This document shows positions 10,791-23,507 of a DNA stretch of 64,000 bases, piece by piece. How positions within the stretch are numbered: the stretch's first letter is position 1; the number at the start of each line of letters is the position of its first letter. The DNA is from Octopus sinensis (taxonomy: Eukaryota), in the NCBI RefSeq assembly GCF_006345805.1, contig NC_043002.1:76136001-76200000 (forward strand). The letters run 5' to 3'. The notes under the pieces were generated by a model. The model was not told the origin of the DNA, did no database searches, and saw nothing but the letters and a program-made list of their open reading frames with translations. A program made the position numbers and the translations under genes.

Positions 10791-13030
10791 TTAAATATAA
10801 GCCAAACGGAGAAGGGTGGGGGTGCTGGGGGTGGGGTCGGGACGACGGTCGAGGAAGTGTTGGAGGGCTAGGAGACCGTCATTGTGGGGAATCACTGTGT
10901 ACAGGGATTTTACATCTAAAGTGAAGAGGAGGTGTGAGGGGCTGGAAGGGAAGGAAAAGGAATTGAAGAGACGGAGGGCGTGGTTGGTGTCGTGTATGTG
11001 GGATGGGAGGGCTGCGACTAAGGGGGACAGGATGCGGTCGAGGTATAGGGAGATGAGTTCAGTGGGGCAATTACAGGCAGAGACTATGGGACGGCCAGGA
11101 TTAGAGGGTTTATGGATCTTGGGAAGGAAGTAGATGGTGGAGGTGCGGGGTGGTGCGGACGATGAGGTTGGTGGCGGTGAGGGGAGAGCGGAGGAGGAGA
11201 TGAGGTCGTGGATGGTGGAGGACACTCGCTGTTGGTAGGAGGAGGTGGGATCGGAGGGGAGGAGGCGATAGAAGAGTGATTTTGAAGCTGGTTGAGCGCT
11301 TCCTCCCTGTATAGGTCCGCGCGCCACACTACCACTGCCCCGCCTTTGTCCGCCGGTTTGATGACAATGTCATCACGACGGCGGAGGTGTGGCGAAGGGC
11401 AATGGATTCGGCCCGAGTGAGGTTGGCTCGGCGGGGTCTTGGTGCAAAGTTGAAACGGTGGACCAAAGCGTTGCAGTCATGTACAAACGAATCTAGGCTA
11501 CTGAAAAGGCCTGGGGGCGGCGTCCAGATGGATGGACGACGCCCCAGCTCCAAAAGGCAATCCTGATTGTTGTGACGCTGCGACGCGTGGTAGTATGCGC
11601 GAAGTTTGAGGCGGCGCAGGAACAGGTTGACGTCCGCCCGAGTCTCGAACTCATCACAGTGGCGCGTGAGTGGCGTGAAGCGGAGACCCTTACTGAGGAG
11701 GGAGCGCTCAGCGGCGGGAGGGGGAGGTGGGGGGGTAATAGTGACAACAGCGCGAGGAAGCGGGGGTGGTGGGAGGACTAGGGGCAGGCGGAGGGGGGGG
11801 CAGGGGTGTGAAGGGGAGGGTAGGGGTGGTTGGGTGAAGATGGGTTAGGCGTAGGAAGGTCACGGTGGGGGTGTTTGGGTCCGTGGAAGGGTGGGGTAGG
11901 TGCGAAGGAGGGGGGAACAGTGGGGGAGGATGGGGAAGGGGTGGGGGTTGATAAGGGGGTGGAGTTTTTTGTTTTTGTGTGTGTGAGGTGGTTGTAGAGT
12001 TGGTGGTTGAGATTAAGAATGAAGCGGAGGATAGGTTTGGTGAAGAGTGGAGGGCAGAGGGCGGAGAGAAGGAGGTAGGCCTGGGGAAGTTGATGGTCGA
12101 GGGAGTCAAGGAGGGGGGGGTGGAGCGGATGGTGGCGCGGAGGAGGGAGCGGGAGGTACGAGCGAGGGTGGGTTCGATGAAGGGGGAGGAATAGGGGTAG
12201 CGTGGAACTTCAAGAGGAACCCGCGGGGTGTGACATGATGGCGGAGGCACCGGCTAAGAAAGGAAAGATGACTCGAGTGGCGGGTTTTCTTAAAAAGCAA
12301 GCGGGAAAGTTTTATAGCAGGTGCGGACATTGTGGGGGGAAGAACGCGAGGTAGCGCTGAGGAGGGATTGAAGGTGTTGGACGAACGAGTGCAAGTCAGG
12401 CATGATGAGAAGTGGTGGCAAACAGGTAAAGGTGGGTGGTGGCGAAACAGGAAAAAGGAAAGAGAGAACAGGAAATCAACGAAAGAAGAAAAAGGGTGAA
12501 GACGGTTTGAAAACAATAGAAAAAAGTTGAAAAAAGTTGAAAAAGTCAGGAAAGAGATTTGAGAGTCAACGGACAGATTAGGTAATGATTTTCAATCACG
12601 GTAATGGCGGTACTCCGGAAGAAGGTTGCGGGTGATCCGTAGGTCAGGAAGAATGGTAACAATAATCCGTAGGTGCAAAAATCCTCGGGAGTTGGTATCC
12701 AAGGTACAAGGGGTCCGTGTAGGCGCGCAGTGGTATAATTTTAATCCAAACGGGAAACAAAAAAAACAACAACAATGGAACAATTACAGTATTATTATTA
12801 ATAGGCGCTCAGGAAATGGAAGCAGGGAGGTATGACGTTTCGAGCGGAGCTCTTCGTCGGAAACATAAAGAAGAAGAGAGAGGAAAGAAAGATCCCAGAG
12901 CGGGCAACAAGGAAAGAGAAAAAAGACGACTGGTGTTTACGAGTTGCACATGGTGAAAGGCGGATGTTTACGAAAACAGAGCAAAGTGGGTTTTTAAAGG
13001 CAAAAGAGTGGAGATAAGGTTGGTAACGCA
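10791..13030 (-). mobile_element. Penelope-like element: 5' pLTR, ORF start and truncated, frameshifted reverse transcriptase
   Basis: ORF start near 12329 (MSAPAIKLSRLLFKKTRHSSHLSFLSRCLRHHVTPRGF). Downstream are IVIKPADKGGAVVVW, YFLPKIHKPSNPGRPIVSACNCPTE and LFTLDVKSLYTVIP, which are typical PLE RT motifs. RT similarity fades at about 10800. Confidence 0.9.
12830..12864 (-). ncRNA. Minimal hammerhead motif (family P2) upstream of the PLE ORF
   Basis: Reverse complement reads gttt-CCGACGA-a-GAGC-tcc-GCTC-GAAA-cg-TC-atac. It is sense to the RT ORF, as expected for a PLE pLTR. Confidence 0.65.
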
Positions 13031-13039
13031 ACAGATGTG

Positions 13040-15735
13040 TGTGTATGTGTGAGTGTGTGCGTGTGCGTTGGTGTATGTGTGTGTGTGTGAGGCGAGATGA
13101 AAAAACACAAAATATATATGTGTGTGTTAGTGTGTGCGTCTGTGTGTAGGCGTGTGAGGTAGGGCGAGACTAGTGGTCAGCTTAGCAGACAGGTCAGTAG
13201 TAAGAAAAAAAGAAAGGAGGAAGGGAGGGAGGGGAAGGGGTGGGGGCGTATGTAGCGTGCCATCGTGTGTTGAGTAGTAGTGTGTGTGTGTGTCCAGTGT
13301 CGTGGTGGTATTAATGGCGAGTAGATTGAATGTGTGTAAGAGTAATGTATATATTTAAGCAATGTGTGTATATGTGTGCGCGTGTGTGTAACGAAAAAGG
13401 GGGGGGGTTAAGGAAAAAGGAGGACTCCAGCTGAGGAGGGGAGATGGAAGAGTGGCCCGCGGAGACGGGCGCGGGAAAACCCAACGACACGCGACGGTCC
13501 CAGGAACGGGCGGGAGGTCTTGTCGGGTCCAAGAGCGAGGTGCCTGCGGCGCGTATGCGTGCGCGAACCGGCGCAAGCGCGTGCGTGCGCGCGCCTGCGA
13601 GTATGTGCGTAAGTATGTGTGTGTGTGGATGTGTGAGTGTGTCTGTGTGTATGTCCGGGTGGCAGTGTGTCCGATGAATGTATGTGAGTATGTGTGGTAT
13701 GTATGTGTGTGCATAGATGTATGTCCGTGTGTGTGTGTGTGTGTGTATGTGTGTGAGTGTGTATGTATGTACGTTTGGTGTGGGGAAGTGTGTGTATGTG
13801 CATGGTGTGTGCGCGTACATACAGGTGTGTGAGTGAGTGTGTGTGTTGTGTTGTATGTATGTGTGAGTGTGTATGTATGTGTGTGTAGGATGCATGTATG
13901 TGTATGGTGTATTTATGCGTGTGTGTATGTATGTATGTGTACGTGCGTGTGTGGTGTGTGTATGCGTGTAGGTGTGCGCGTGTGCATGCATGTGCGTATG
14001 TGGGTGTGGTGTGTGTGCAGTGTGTGGGTATATATGTATGTGCGTATATGTGTGTGTATGTGCGTACATGTGTGTGTTGTGTATGCATGTGGTGTATGTA
14101 GGTGTGTAGGCGTGTGTGTATAGGTGTATGTATGTAAGTATGTATGGGTGTTGTCCGTGTATGTGTGTGTATGTAGTGTGTGTATGTAGGTGTGTGGGCG
14201 TGTGTATATAGGTTGTATGTTGTGTAGTCTGGGTGTGTCCGTGCATGTTTTGTGTGTGTGTGTGTATGCATGTGTATGTAGGTGTGTGTGTACGTGTGTA
14301 ATGTATGTGTGTATGCGTGCGTGTGTGTATGTAGGTGCGTGTGTATGTGTGTGGGAGTGTAGGTGTGTGTGCGTGTGCGTGTGCGTGTTTATGTTGGTGT
14401 GTGCGTATGTGAGTGTGAGTGTATGGGTGTTTGTCATGCATGTGTGTGCGCGTGCAGGTGAGTGTGTGTGTAAGTATGTGTGTGTGTATGTTTGTGTGAG
14501 TGTGTATGTGTGTATGTCTGTGTGTATGTATGTGCGTATAGGAGTATGTGGGTATGTGTGTGTGTATGTATATGGGTGTATGTATGTATGTGTGTGTGTG
14601 CATGTGTATAAGTATATGTGTGTGTGCGTATGTGTGTATATGTGTATGTGTGTGTGTGTTTATGTATGTGTGTATGTATTGTGTAGGCGTGTGTGGTAGA
14701 TGTATGTATGTATGGTGTGTGTCCGTGTGTGTTGTGTGTGTGGTAGGTAGATGTGTGTGTCTGAGTGAGGGTATGTCTGTGTAGGTGTGTGTGTGTATGA
14801 ATGTAAGTGTGTGTGTATACAAGTGTAATGTATGTATGTAGTGTGTGTGTGTGTGTGTATGTGTACGTGTGCGTGTGTATGTGTGTGTGTGTATGCGTGT
14901 GAGTGTGAGTGTATGGGTGTATGTCTGTGTGTGTGTATGTCTGAAGTAGGTATGTATGTGTATGTATGTATGTGTGTGTGTGTGCAGGTATGTGTGTGTA
15001 TGTGGTGTGTGTGAGTAGGTGTGCGTGTATGTATGTGGGTAGGGATGCATGCGAGTGTGTGGGTATGTATGCATACATACGCACGCGCACATCCGAAGCA
15101 AGCCCACACACACGAAGCGCGCTCACGCACACAACGCACAAGCAGTACAACGCAAGCCCAAGGGGCCGACCAAGCCCCCAGCGCGCGCCAAGGGCGCGAG
15201 CGCAAAGGCCGCGAGCGCAAAAGCCCTGAACGCCCCGCTACGCGGGAACCGAGGATCCATCAGCCAAAACCGGAAAGCAGAAAAAGAGGGGGGGCTGCCT
15301 GGATGCAAAAAGGTGTATGTGTGTGTGCATTCAGTGTAAGGGTGTGCATGTGTAGGTATGTATGTATGTATGTGCCTACATGTATGTTTGCATGTGTGTG
15401 TGTGAAGTATGTACGTGCGGTGTGTGTGTGTGAGTGTGTGTGTATGTATGTGCGTATGTATGTGTGTGTGTATGTGTGTATGTATGTCTGTGTGTGTGTG
15501 TGTGTGTGTAAGTATGTATGTTTGTGCGTATGTATGTATGTGTGGTGTATGTGCATGTTGGTTTGTATGTTAGTGTGTGTTAGTATGTCTGTAAGTGTGT
15601 GTGATTAAATGTGTGAATGTATGTACGTAGATGGGTCTACGTATGTGTGTGTGTGAACAGGCGTGTGGGAGGTAGGTGGGTGGGTGGGTGTGGGAGGTAG
15701 GTGGGTGGGTGTGTGCGTGTGGGAGGTAGGTGGGT
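13040..15735. repeat. About 2.7 kb degenerate GT/GTAT low-complexity array with two GC-rich islands
   Basis: Directly visible. The islands are at about 13393-13620 and 15075-15310. Confidence 0.9.
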
Positions 15736-16062
15736 AAAAGACTCTTGCTCAGCTGCTGCGTTGCGCAGAACATCGATTGAGCACACTTCTTTTCTGAAAG
15801 TTTTCCTGGGAGACATTTCTTGTCTTCCCTCAGTAAAGCTCTTCTCTTTGAGTCCCCTGAAGTTCTGGCGGGGTGTCCGGTGGGCGAACCGGCAGTGTTT
15901 GCCGTCCTCCCCATGCCAGCATTTGCCCCGCAGGTAGAATTTACAGGTTCTTCGGTGCCTTCCAGATTTCTTCTTTCCTGAAGTGTACTGGGTGGCATTG
16001 GATCCTCCATGGGGTTCTCTGCTGTTTGTGTGGTGGATTGGGGTTTCAGCTTTGTTTGTTTA

Positions 16063-16065
<3 letters not shown>
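15736..16065 (-). repeat. Inverted duplicate of the 5' end of the adjacent LINE
   Basis: Near-identical reverse complement of 16364-16693, separated by a (TA)-rich spacer at 16066-16363. Confidence 0.92.
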
Positions 16066-16157
<92 letters not shown>

Positions 16158-16191
16158 TATATACGTATATATATATATACATACATACATA

Positions 16192-16231
<40 letters not shown>

Positions 16232-16363
16232 CTAGCATATATATGTAGTGTATGTATGTATATATATTATATACGTATATATATATATATATATATAATA
16301 TATATATATATATATAATATATAATATATATATATATATAATGATAATATATATGTATATATT

Positions 16364-19300
16364 ATATTAAACAAACAAAGCTGAAACCCCAATCCACCAC
16401 ACACAAACAGAGAACCCCATGGAGGATCCAATGCCACCCAGTACACTTCAGGAAAGAAGAAATCTGGAAGGCACCGAAGAACCTGTAAATTCTACCTGCG
16501 GGGCAAATGCTGGCATGGGGAGGACGGCAAACATTGCCGGTTCGCCCACCGGACACCCCGCCAGAACTTCAGGGGACTCAAAGAGAAGAGCTTTACTGAG
16601 GGAAGACAAGAAATGTCTCCCAGGAAAACTTTCAGAAAAGAAGTGTGCTCCTTCGATGTTCTGCGCAACGCAGCAGCTGAGCAAGAGTCTTTTTTGTGCA
16701 TGGCGCAAAAGATTGTCCAGCAGCTAACCTGGCTACACCAAGCACAGAGAAGGAACCCTGCCCACCACTATGCAAGACCACCACAGTCAACAGACACGGG
16801 ATGGCCTCCCCTAACGCCTGCACAGCCGTCACCCCAACACTTTTACTAAATATTGGGGGCCTGTTGCATCAAAATAAAAACAAAATTTCTTTCCTGAGAG
16901 ATCTTACTGCAAACAATCAATCCCTATGCATGGCACTCGTGGAAACTCACCTCAGCCCTGATATAGAGGACGCAGAAGTACACATACAAAACTATGCCAT
17001 ACTGCGAACAGACGGAAGGGAATGGAGCCATGGGGGTGTTGCTGTATACATCAGAGATGACCTCACACCCCAGATCTTTATGACATACTCAAATTCGGTA
17101 TGTGACACTTTAATTGTATACATAAGGCAACATAATATAGTCATATGCAATACATATTGCCCACCGGATGCTCCAAATCACATAGGCAAGTTTGAAGATT
17201 TCCTCAGAAGAATTAAAGAAATCCTCATGAATCTGGAACACCACATGACCATCTTTCTTATGGGTGATTTCAACTTCGCCAACGTCAAATGGCCCGAAGG
17301 TCTCATACCCTCAGGAATGAATCATTGCAAGCAAGTCCCTGCTCAACTTCACCAATGCCTTATACATGGAGCAATTTGTACTCAAACCAACTAGGGCGAA
17401 TAACATTCTGGATCTCTGCTTCACGAACAATATGGATATCATTCATGATGTGAAAGTAACACCGACATTAGTTTCGGATTACAACATAATAGAGCTGTCT
17501 ATGTTTGGGCCGAAAGTAACCAGAGACATACAGCCTAAAGGAAGCACCCGAAATCTCTCCAATCTGAACTTCCACAAAGCAGATTGGAAATCGATCCAAA
17601 AAGAGATCCTCAGAGAGGACTGGCCGGAATGTCTCTCAACACCAGGCATTGACATGAAACTAGAATATTTCATGTCTTCTGTGAAAGCCGTATGCCAGAA
17701 ATATGTCCCAGAGCACAAGGCCAAAACAAATAGGAGCAAGATTCCAAGAGACAGGAAGATCCTCATGAGACGACGGACGAAGGTTGCAAATCGTCTCAAC
17801 CAACATCCCAAAAGTAGCGAAACGTCCCGCCTAAATCAACACTGATGGAGATCAAAAAAAGGCTGCAACAATCCTATGTGAGGGAGAAAGCAGACAAAGA
17901 AGCCTGGGTTATAAAAAACATTAACTCAAACCCAAAGGCCTTCTTTCATTACGCGAAAAAAACAGTCTTAGTACACTACGAGATAGGACCCCTCCTCCAA
18001 AAGGATGGCCCCCCTCACAGACAGTCCAACTAAGATCAGTGAGATGCTGAATGACCAGTTCAAAAGTGTCTTTACCACCCCGTTGGAATACAGACAAGTT
18101 AACGAACCAGTGGACTTCTTTGCCGCCTCACCTATAACCAGCGAGGCGGTTACAATAGAATGTATTGACATTAGCGAAGAAGATGTCCTACTAGCTATAG
18201 ATGAAGTGGACACAAACTCAACTGCTGGTCCAGATGGTTTCCCAGCCATCCTTCTCAAAGCGTGTAAGCATGCCCTGGCAAAACCCCTCAAGATTCTCTT
18301 CCAGAGCTTTCTTACAAATGGCAAACTGCCAAGCAAGCTGAAGGAGGGAATAATATGCCCAATACATAAAGGGGGAAGTAGAGCAGATGCCAAAAACTAT
18401 AGGCCTATCTCTCTGACTTCACACATCAGCAAAGTCATGGAACAGATAGTCAGAAAGAAACTAATCGCATTCCTTGGGGATAATAACTTGCTGAGTGATA
18501 CCCAGCATGGTTTTCGACCAGGTAGGAGCTGCCTGACCCAGCTCTTACAACATCATGACTGGGTGTTGAGGCAGTTACTCAACAAATCAAATGTGGACGT
18601 AATCTACCTTGATTTTGCAAAAGCTTTTGATAAGGTGGATCATGGTATGATATGCCACAAACTGCGTGACCTCAGCATAGCTGGAAAACTTGGAGTGTGG
18701 TTACATGACTTCCTGAAATAAAAGAGTCAGGCAGTAGTGGTTAATGGATCCACCTCTATGAACACACAAATAGTGAGGGGTGTTCCATAGGACACTGTCT
18801 TGGGACCACTGCTTTTTATAGTGGCCCTCTCATATATGCCCTCAAATGCCCGGATAGCCACTCTGGCAAGTTATGCAGATGATACGAAAGTCTTGCAGAA
18901 AATACAGAACCTCAGCGATGTTGCACACCTGCAGCAGGAGTTGGAATCAATCTACAGAAAAATTAATGCTGAAAAATTCCAGGCCCTGCGCTACCAGCAT
19001 CCAAAACTGAATATCAAACTTACAGGATACACCGGTCCACAGGGAATCGACATGATTGAGGTTACCTCTTTCCAAGTGCACATTACCAGAATGTCGACAA
19101 AGTGCAGACGACTGGCTGGATGGATCCTAAGAACATTCAGAACCAGAGATAAGGAAACCATGATGGTCCTCTGGATTACTGCTCACAGCTATGGTCACCC
19201 ACCAATGTGAAATTAACAGCGGACCTTGAAGAAATCCAGAGAAGATTCACAAAGAAGATCGTCTCTTTGCAACTGAGACAGGTTGAAACAGCTAAGACTC

Positions 19301-19770
19301 TACTCCCTGGAGAGAAGACGGGAGAGGTATGCAGTAATATATGTCTGGAAGATCCTGGAAGGATTTGTGCCAAATTTTGGCATTGTAAGCTACATCAATG
19401 CTAGAACGGGACGACACTGCACAGTGCCAAAGATCCCAGTAATGCCATCACGCTTCAAGACCAGCTACTACAACAGCCTGGGTTTCAAGGGCCCACAGCT
19501 TTTTAATATTCTCCCAAAGAGTCTGAGGAACTTGCACACAGTAGATGTAACGGTTTTTAAATCAAAGCTGGACATCTTCCTGTCGAGAGTCCCAGATGAA
19601 CCTACCTCACGGCAAGAGGTGCAAATGAGGGTAGCTATATCAAACTCCATTCTTCACCAAGTGCCATATATTAGAGGAGGCTCTTCGTAATAACAGTGTA
19701 GCACAAAACGGCGGTGCATCACCATGGCCGCAGCTCTGAGCTGAAACAAGAAAAACGAAAAACAAAAAAC
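16364..19770 (+). mobile_element. Decayed CR1/L2-group LINE: CCCH zinc-finger region, APE endonuclease, reverse transcriptase, 3' UTR and A-rich tail
   Basis: APE motifs LVETHL, GGVAVYI, MGDFN and NILDLCFTN. RT motifs KNYRPISLTSHISKVME, QHGFRPGRSC, YLDFAKAFDKVDH, GPLLF and SYADDTKV. C-terminal LYSLERRRERY. The coding region has multiple frameshifts and stops. Confidence 0.93.
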
Positions 19771-19807
19771 AAAAAATATATATATATATTAATACATATA
19801 ATACATG

Positions 19808-19839
<32 letters not shown>

Positions 19840-19843
19840 CATA

Positions 19844-19923
<80 letters not shown>

Positions 19924-21008
19924 CCGTTAGATAGAGCTTGTCTATTATAGAGAAATGACTATGTGTTTGGTTAATTGTCAAATGAAGTTAAAATGATTGA
20001 AGCTTCTTTGTATCTCGGATGCATTATTATCGTTCATCCATTTTGTTAAGGAAAGAATTATTTAGTAATCGAAATACGCACGAAGATATAACTTTGGTCA
20101 GTATTTCGTTTAGTAATGTCATAGCGTTGATAATTATCGTACATTTGTGAGTGAGCTTGCAGTTACAGCAATCACATTAGATAACAGATATTGCTAGCAA
20201 GTAAAACGACAATGTGATAGAGTTAACAATTATCGTCAGTTTCTAAGCTAGCAATTATGATTGTAATTATCGCAGGATTAATCTGATATTGGTAGCAATC
20301 GAAATGACAATTTGATTTAGTAAGCAACGATATTGAAACAAATAAAATGAATTAGCAATCTTATTCAGAGAGATCAGGTAAATTAGCTATCATACCTGAG
20401 ACAAAACACAACTAGTTATGAATACAATATCGGTGAATTGGCGATTCAGCAACAGCTTAGTGTTTATACGTTATTTTATTCTATTCAACATCGCTATTTA
20501 TCATGTTATCTCTTTATTCCTAATGGTTTCCGATACATTTATCTTTTGATATTCTTCTGTAAAATAGCTGATAAGAAAAGAAAAAAAAAAACATGAATGA
20601 ATGCCTGAATATAATGTAATCATTGATGTTGTTGGTTGTTGCTTTCTTTCTTAGTTTACCTTTATATCTTCTATCTAGTAGATATATTTGAACAGCGCAT
20701 TTGACCCATACGCACCGGACTGCTCTTTTTTTTTTTTTGTTATCAGATAGTCAAAGCGAATTATCTAACTTTCGCTCATGATAAAACCAAACGCTACAAT
20801 TGAGCATCGATTTAAATAATTGATATGAAAAAAAAATAATAATCCATCAATGAAAAGCTTGGACACTAGAGAGCTTCGGTTATGCTAAGTTTGACCCAAA
20901 AAGGTAGCGCGTATCAACACGCCGTTCCACATCTAATATTGTTTTGAAGCAAATACGATCAAGATTTTATGAGCCGAGGCAACAAATATTAATATCTGGT
21001 TATCGCTG

Positions 21009-21108
21009 NNNNNNNNNNNNNNNNNNNNNNNNNNNNNNNNNNNNNNNNNNNNNNNNNNNNNNNNNNNNNNNNNNNNNNNNNNNNNNNNNNNNNNNNNNNN
21101 NNNNNNNN
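21009..21108. other. Assembly gap (100 N)
   Basis: Run of exactly 100 N, probably a placeholder of unknown true size. Confidence 1.
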
Positions 21109-23351
21109 CTGCAATTAAAAATCCCTCTGTTTCTGCTTTGAGTCCTGAGCTTCTCAACCATTGCTGGGATTTTTCTTTGTCTATTTCTTTTGCGTTTAGT
21201 TAGTGCAGTATTGAAGGGGCTTTTCTTGCCATCGTTTTATCATGGCTCGTTGCTGTTCTATTTTTAGTTTGGATTTCATTTGTTTTATAGCTTTTGTGTT
21301 TCTTCATCATCTTCTTCTTCTTCGTGTTTATTAGGTGGTATGATTTCTTGTTTGTATTTGTCAGCTTCCTTAAATACTGAGAACAGTTTTTTGTTTTGCT
21401 CGTGTTTTGCTGCTATCTGGATCAGTTTTCCTTCCTTCTGAAGTAGGTATTTTTGCAGTCCTATGGCGGTTATTTTATAGTAGTTTTCCAGCTGTATAAG
21501 GCCTCTACCACCTTCTATACGTTGTATATATAGTCTTTCTATGTTAGATTTTGGGTGATACATCCTAGATCCTGTCAGTATTTTTCTTGTTTTCCTATCT
21601 ATTTTGGACAGTTCATTTCGTGTCCAGTTAAGGATATTGTAGCTGTAACTTATAACTGGGACAGCTAAAGTGTTGATACCTATTATCTTGTTTTTAGCAT
21701 TGAGCTCTGTTTTTAGTATTGATCTAACTCGTCTATAATATTCTTTTTTTATTTTCTCTTTCATTGTGTGTGTGTTGTCTTATCTAGTTCATGGATTCCT
21801 AAGTATTTGTAAGTTTGGCTTTGGTCTAATTCTTTTATTTCATTGGTTTTATCTAGTGTGATGTTGTTACTCTTAACTAGTTTTCCTCTTTTCATGGTTA
21901 CTTTGGCGCATTTTTCTAATCCAAATTTCATATCTATTTCTTTGGTAAATCCATGAACTGTTTTTAATAGTGTTTCCAGCTGTTTGTCATTTGCAGCGTA
22001 TAGTTTTAGGTCATCCATATATAAAAGGTAGCTGATCGTTTTGCCGTAACATTTATATCCGCATCCAGTTCTATTTAGCATATCAGATAGAGGTGACAGT
22101 GCTAAGCAGAAAAGGAGTGGAGAGAGCGTGTCTCCCTGGAATATTCCTCTTCTAATGGGGATGTCTTTGGTTTTCATGAGTCCCTCTTTTGTTTGGAGGT
22201 GTAGGACTGTTTGCCATTTATTCATAGAGTGCTCTATGAATTTTATGATTGTTGGTGCTACTTTGTTAATGGCTAGTGTTTCGAGGATCCATGTGTGAGG
22301 GATGCTATCAAACGCCTTTTTGTAGTCAATCCAGGCCATACTGAGGCCTTTCTTCTTTCCGTGGCTGTCTTCAGTTACGGCTTTATTAATCATTAGTTGA
22401 TCTTTACAGCCATATGAGCCCTTGCGGCATCCTTTCTGCTCTTCTGGGAACAGTTTGTTTTCGTCCAGGTGCTTGTTCAGCCTTTGCGATATCACTGCAG
22501 TAAATGCCTTGAACATAGTAGGGAGGCAGGTTATTGGTCTGTAGTTTTCTGGTTTGGTTGTTTCATTTGATTTGGGAATTGAGATGGTTTTCCCCTTCGT
22601 TAGCCATTCAGGCATTGTCTCTGGCTCTGCTAGTATGCTGTTAAAGTTTTCAGCCAGCTTTTTGTGCATTCCTGTTAGATATTTCAACCAGAAGTTGGGG
22701 ATCTTGTCATGCCCAGGTGCCTTCCAGTTGCTTAGTTTTTGCAGTGCCTGGGTGACCTCTTCAGCTGTTATGGGGGTCCAAAGTTGTTCAGATGCCGAGT
22801 TTGTTATTTTCATACTCCTTTTTTTTGGCTGTTCGTTCGCCGACCATATTTCTCTCCAGAATTCTTCCAATTCTTCTGCCGTTGGTGCTGCAGTGACTTC
22901 TATTTTATTTTTGCCCAGTTCTTGGTAGAACTTTTTGGGGTCGGAGTTGAACTTTTTGCTCTGTTCAAAGAAGCGTTGGCGTTTCTCGTACCGGCGGATC
23001 CTTTGAGCTTTGGCAAGGATATCTTGCTTCAGCTTTTCTTTTATCTCCGGCAAATCTTTTTCTGTGATGTTATATTTGCGGAGCACTTTTGTTCTCTTTT
23101 TGTTGCTCAGTAGCGTTGCTTGTTTGCTGATTTCATTAATAATCGACAGGTCTTTTCTAATTTTTTTTATTTTGTTTTGGATGTTATTTATCCACAGGGT
23201 TTGTTTGGGTGGTGGTACTCCTGTTTGGGCGGGTTTGGGTGAGTATCCAGCTTCTTTTGTGGCTGCAGTGGCTGCTGCGTATATCAAGTCATTTAGTTCA
23301 GTGATATCACTTTTTTTTGTTTCAGTGGCTAGTTCAATGACGGCTAGGTTT
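21109..23351 (-). mobile_element. R4/Dong-clade non-LTR retrotransposon, 5'-truncated; RT largely intact; 3' end lost in the gap
   Basis: The 508-aa ORF 21761-23287 has NYRPITCLPTMFK, EQKGCRKGSYGCKDQL, AWIDYKKAFDSIPH, GIFQGDTLSPLLFCLAL, LLYMDDLKLYA and YKYLGI. It continues after a frameshift (EYYRRVRSILKTELNAKNK...GGRGL). The 5' end abuts (AAT)n. Confidence 0.88.
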
Positions 23352-23352
23352 A

Positions 23353-23410
<58 letters not shown>

Positions 23411-23450
23411 GTTATTATTATTATTATTGTTATTATTATTGTAGTTGTTG

Positions 23451-23495
<45 letters not shown>

Positions 23496-23507
23496 TATTA
23501 TTATTAT
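23352..23507. repeat. (AAT)n/(TTA)n microsatellite between the two R4/Dong copies
   Basis: Directly visible in the sequence. Confidence 0.95.

Noticed and set aside
11700-12200. Dense G-tracts suggesting G-quadruplexes
   Set aside because: This is the antisense of a Pro/Ser-rich PLE ORF segment that also looks error-prone, so there is no independent evidence of function.
16419-16727. [17 protein letters not shown]... and its mirror at 15570-16238
   Set aside because: It is an alternative frame of the LINE 5' region. The CCCH-containing frame is the more plausible coding one, and the mirror comes from the inverted duplication.
20933-21157. ORFs spanning the N gap
   Set aside because: They are artefacts of translating through Ns, and the sequence left of the gap does not continue the R4/Dong protein.
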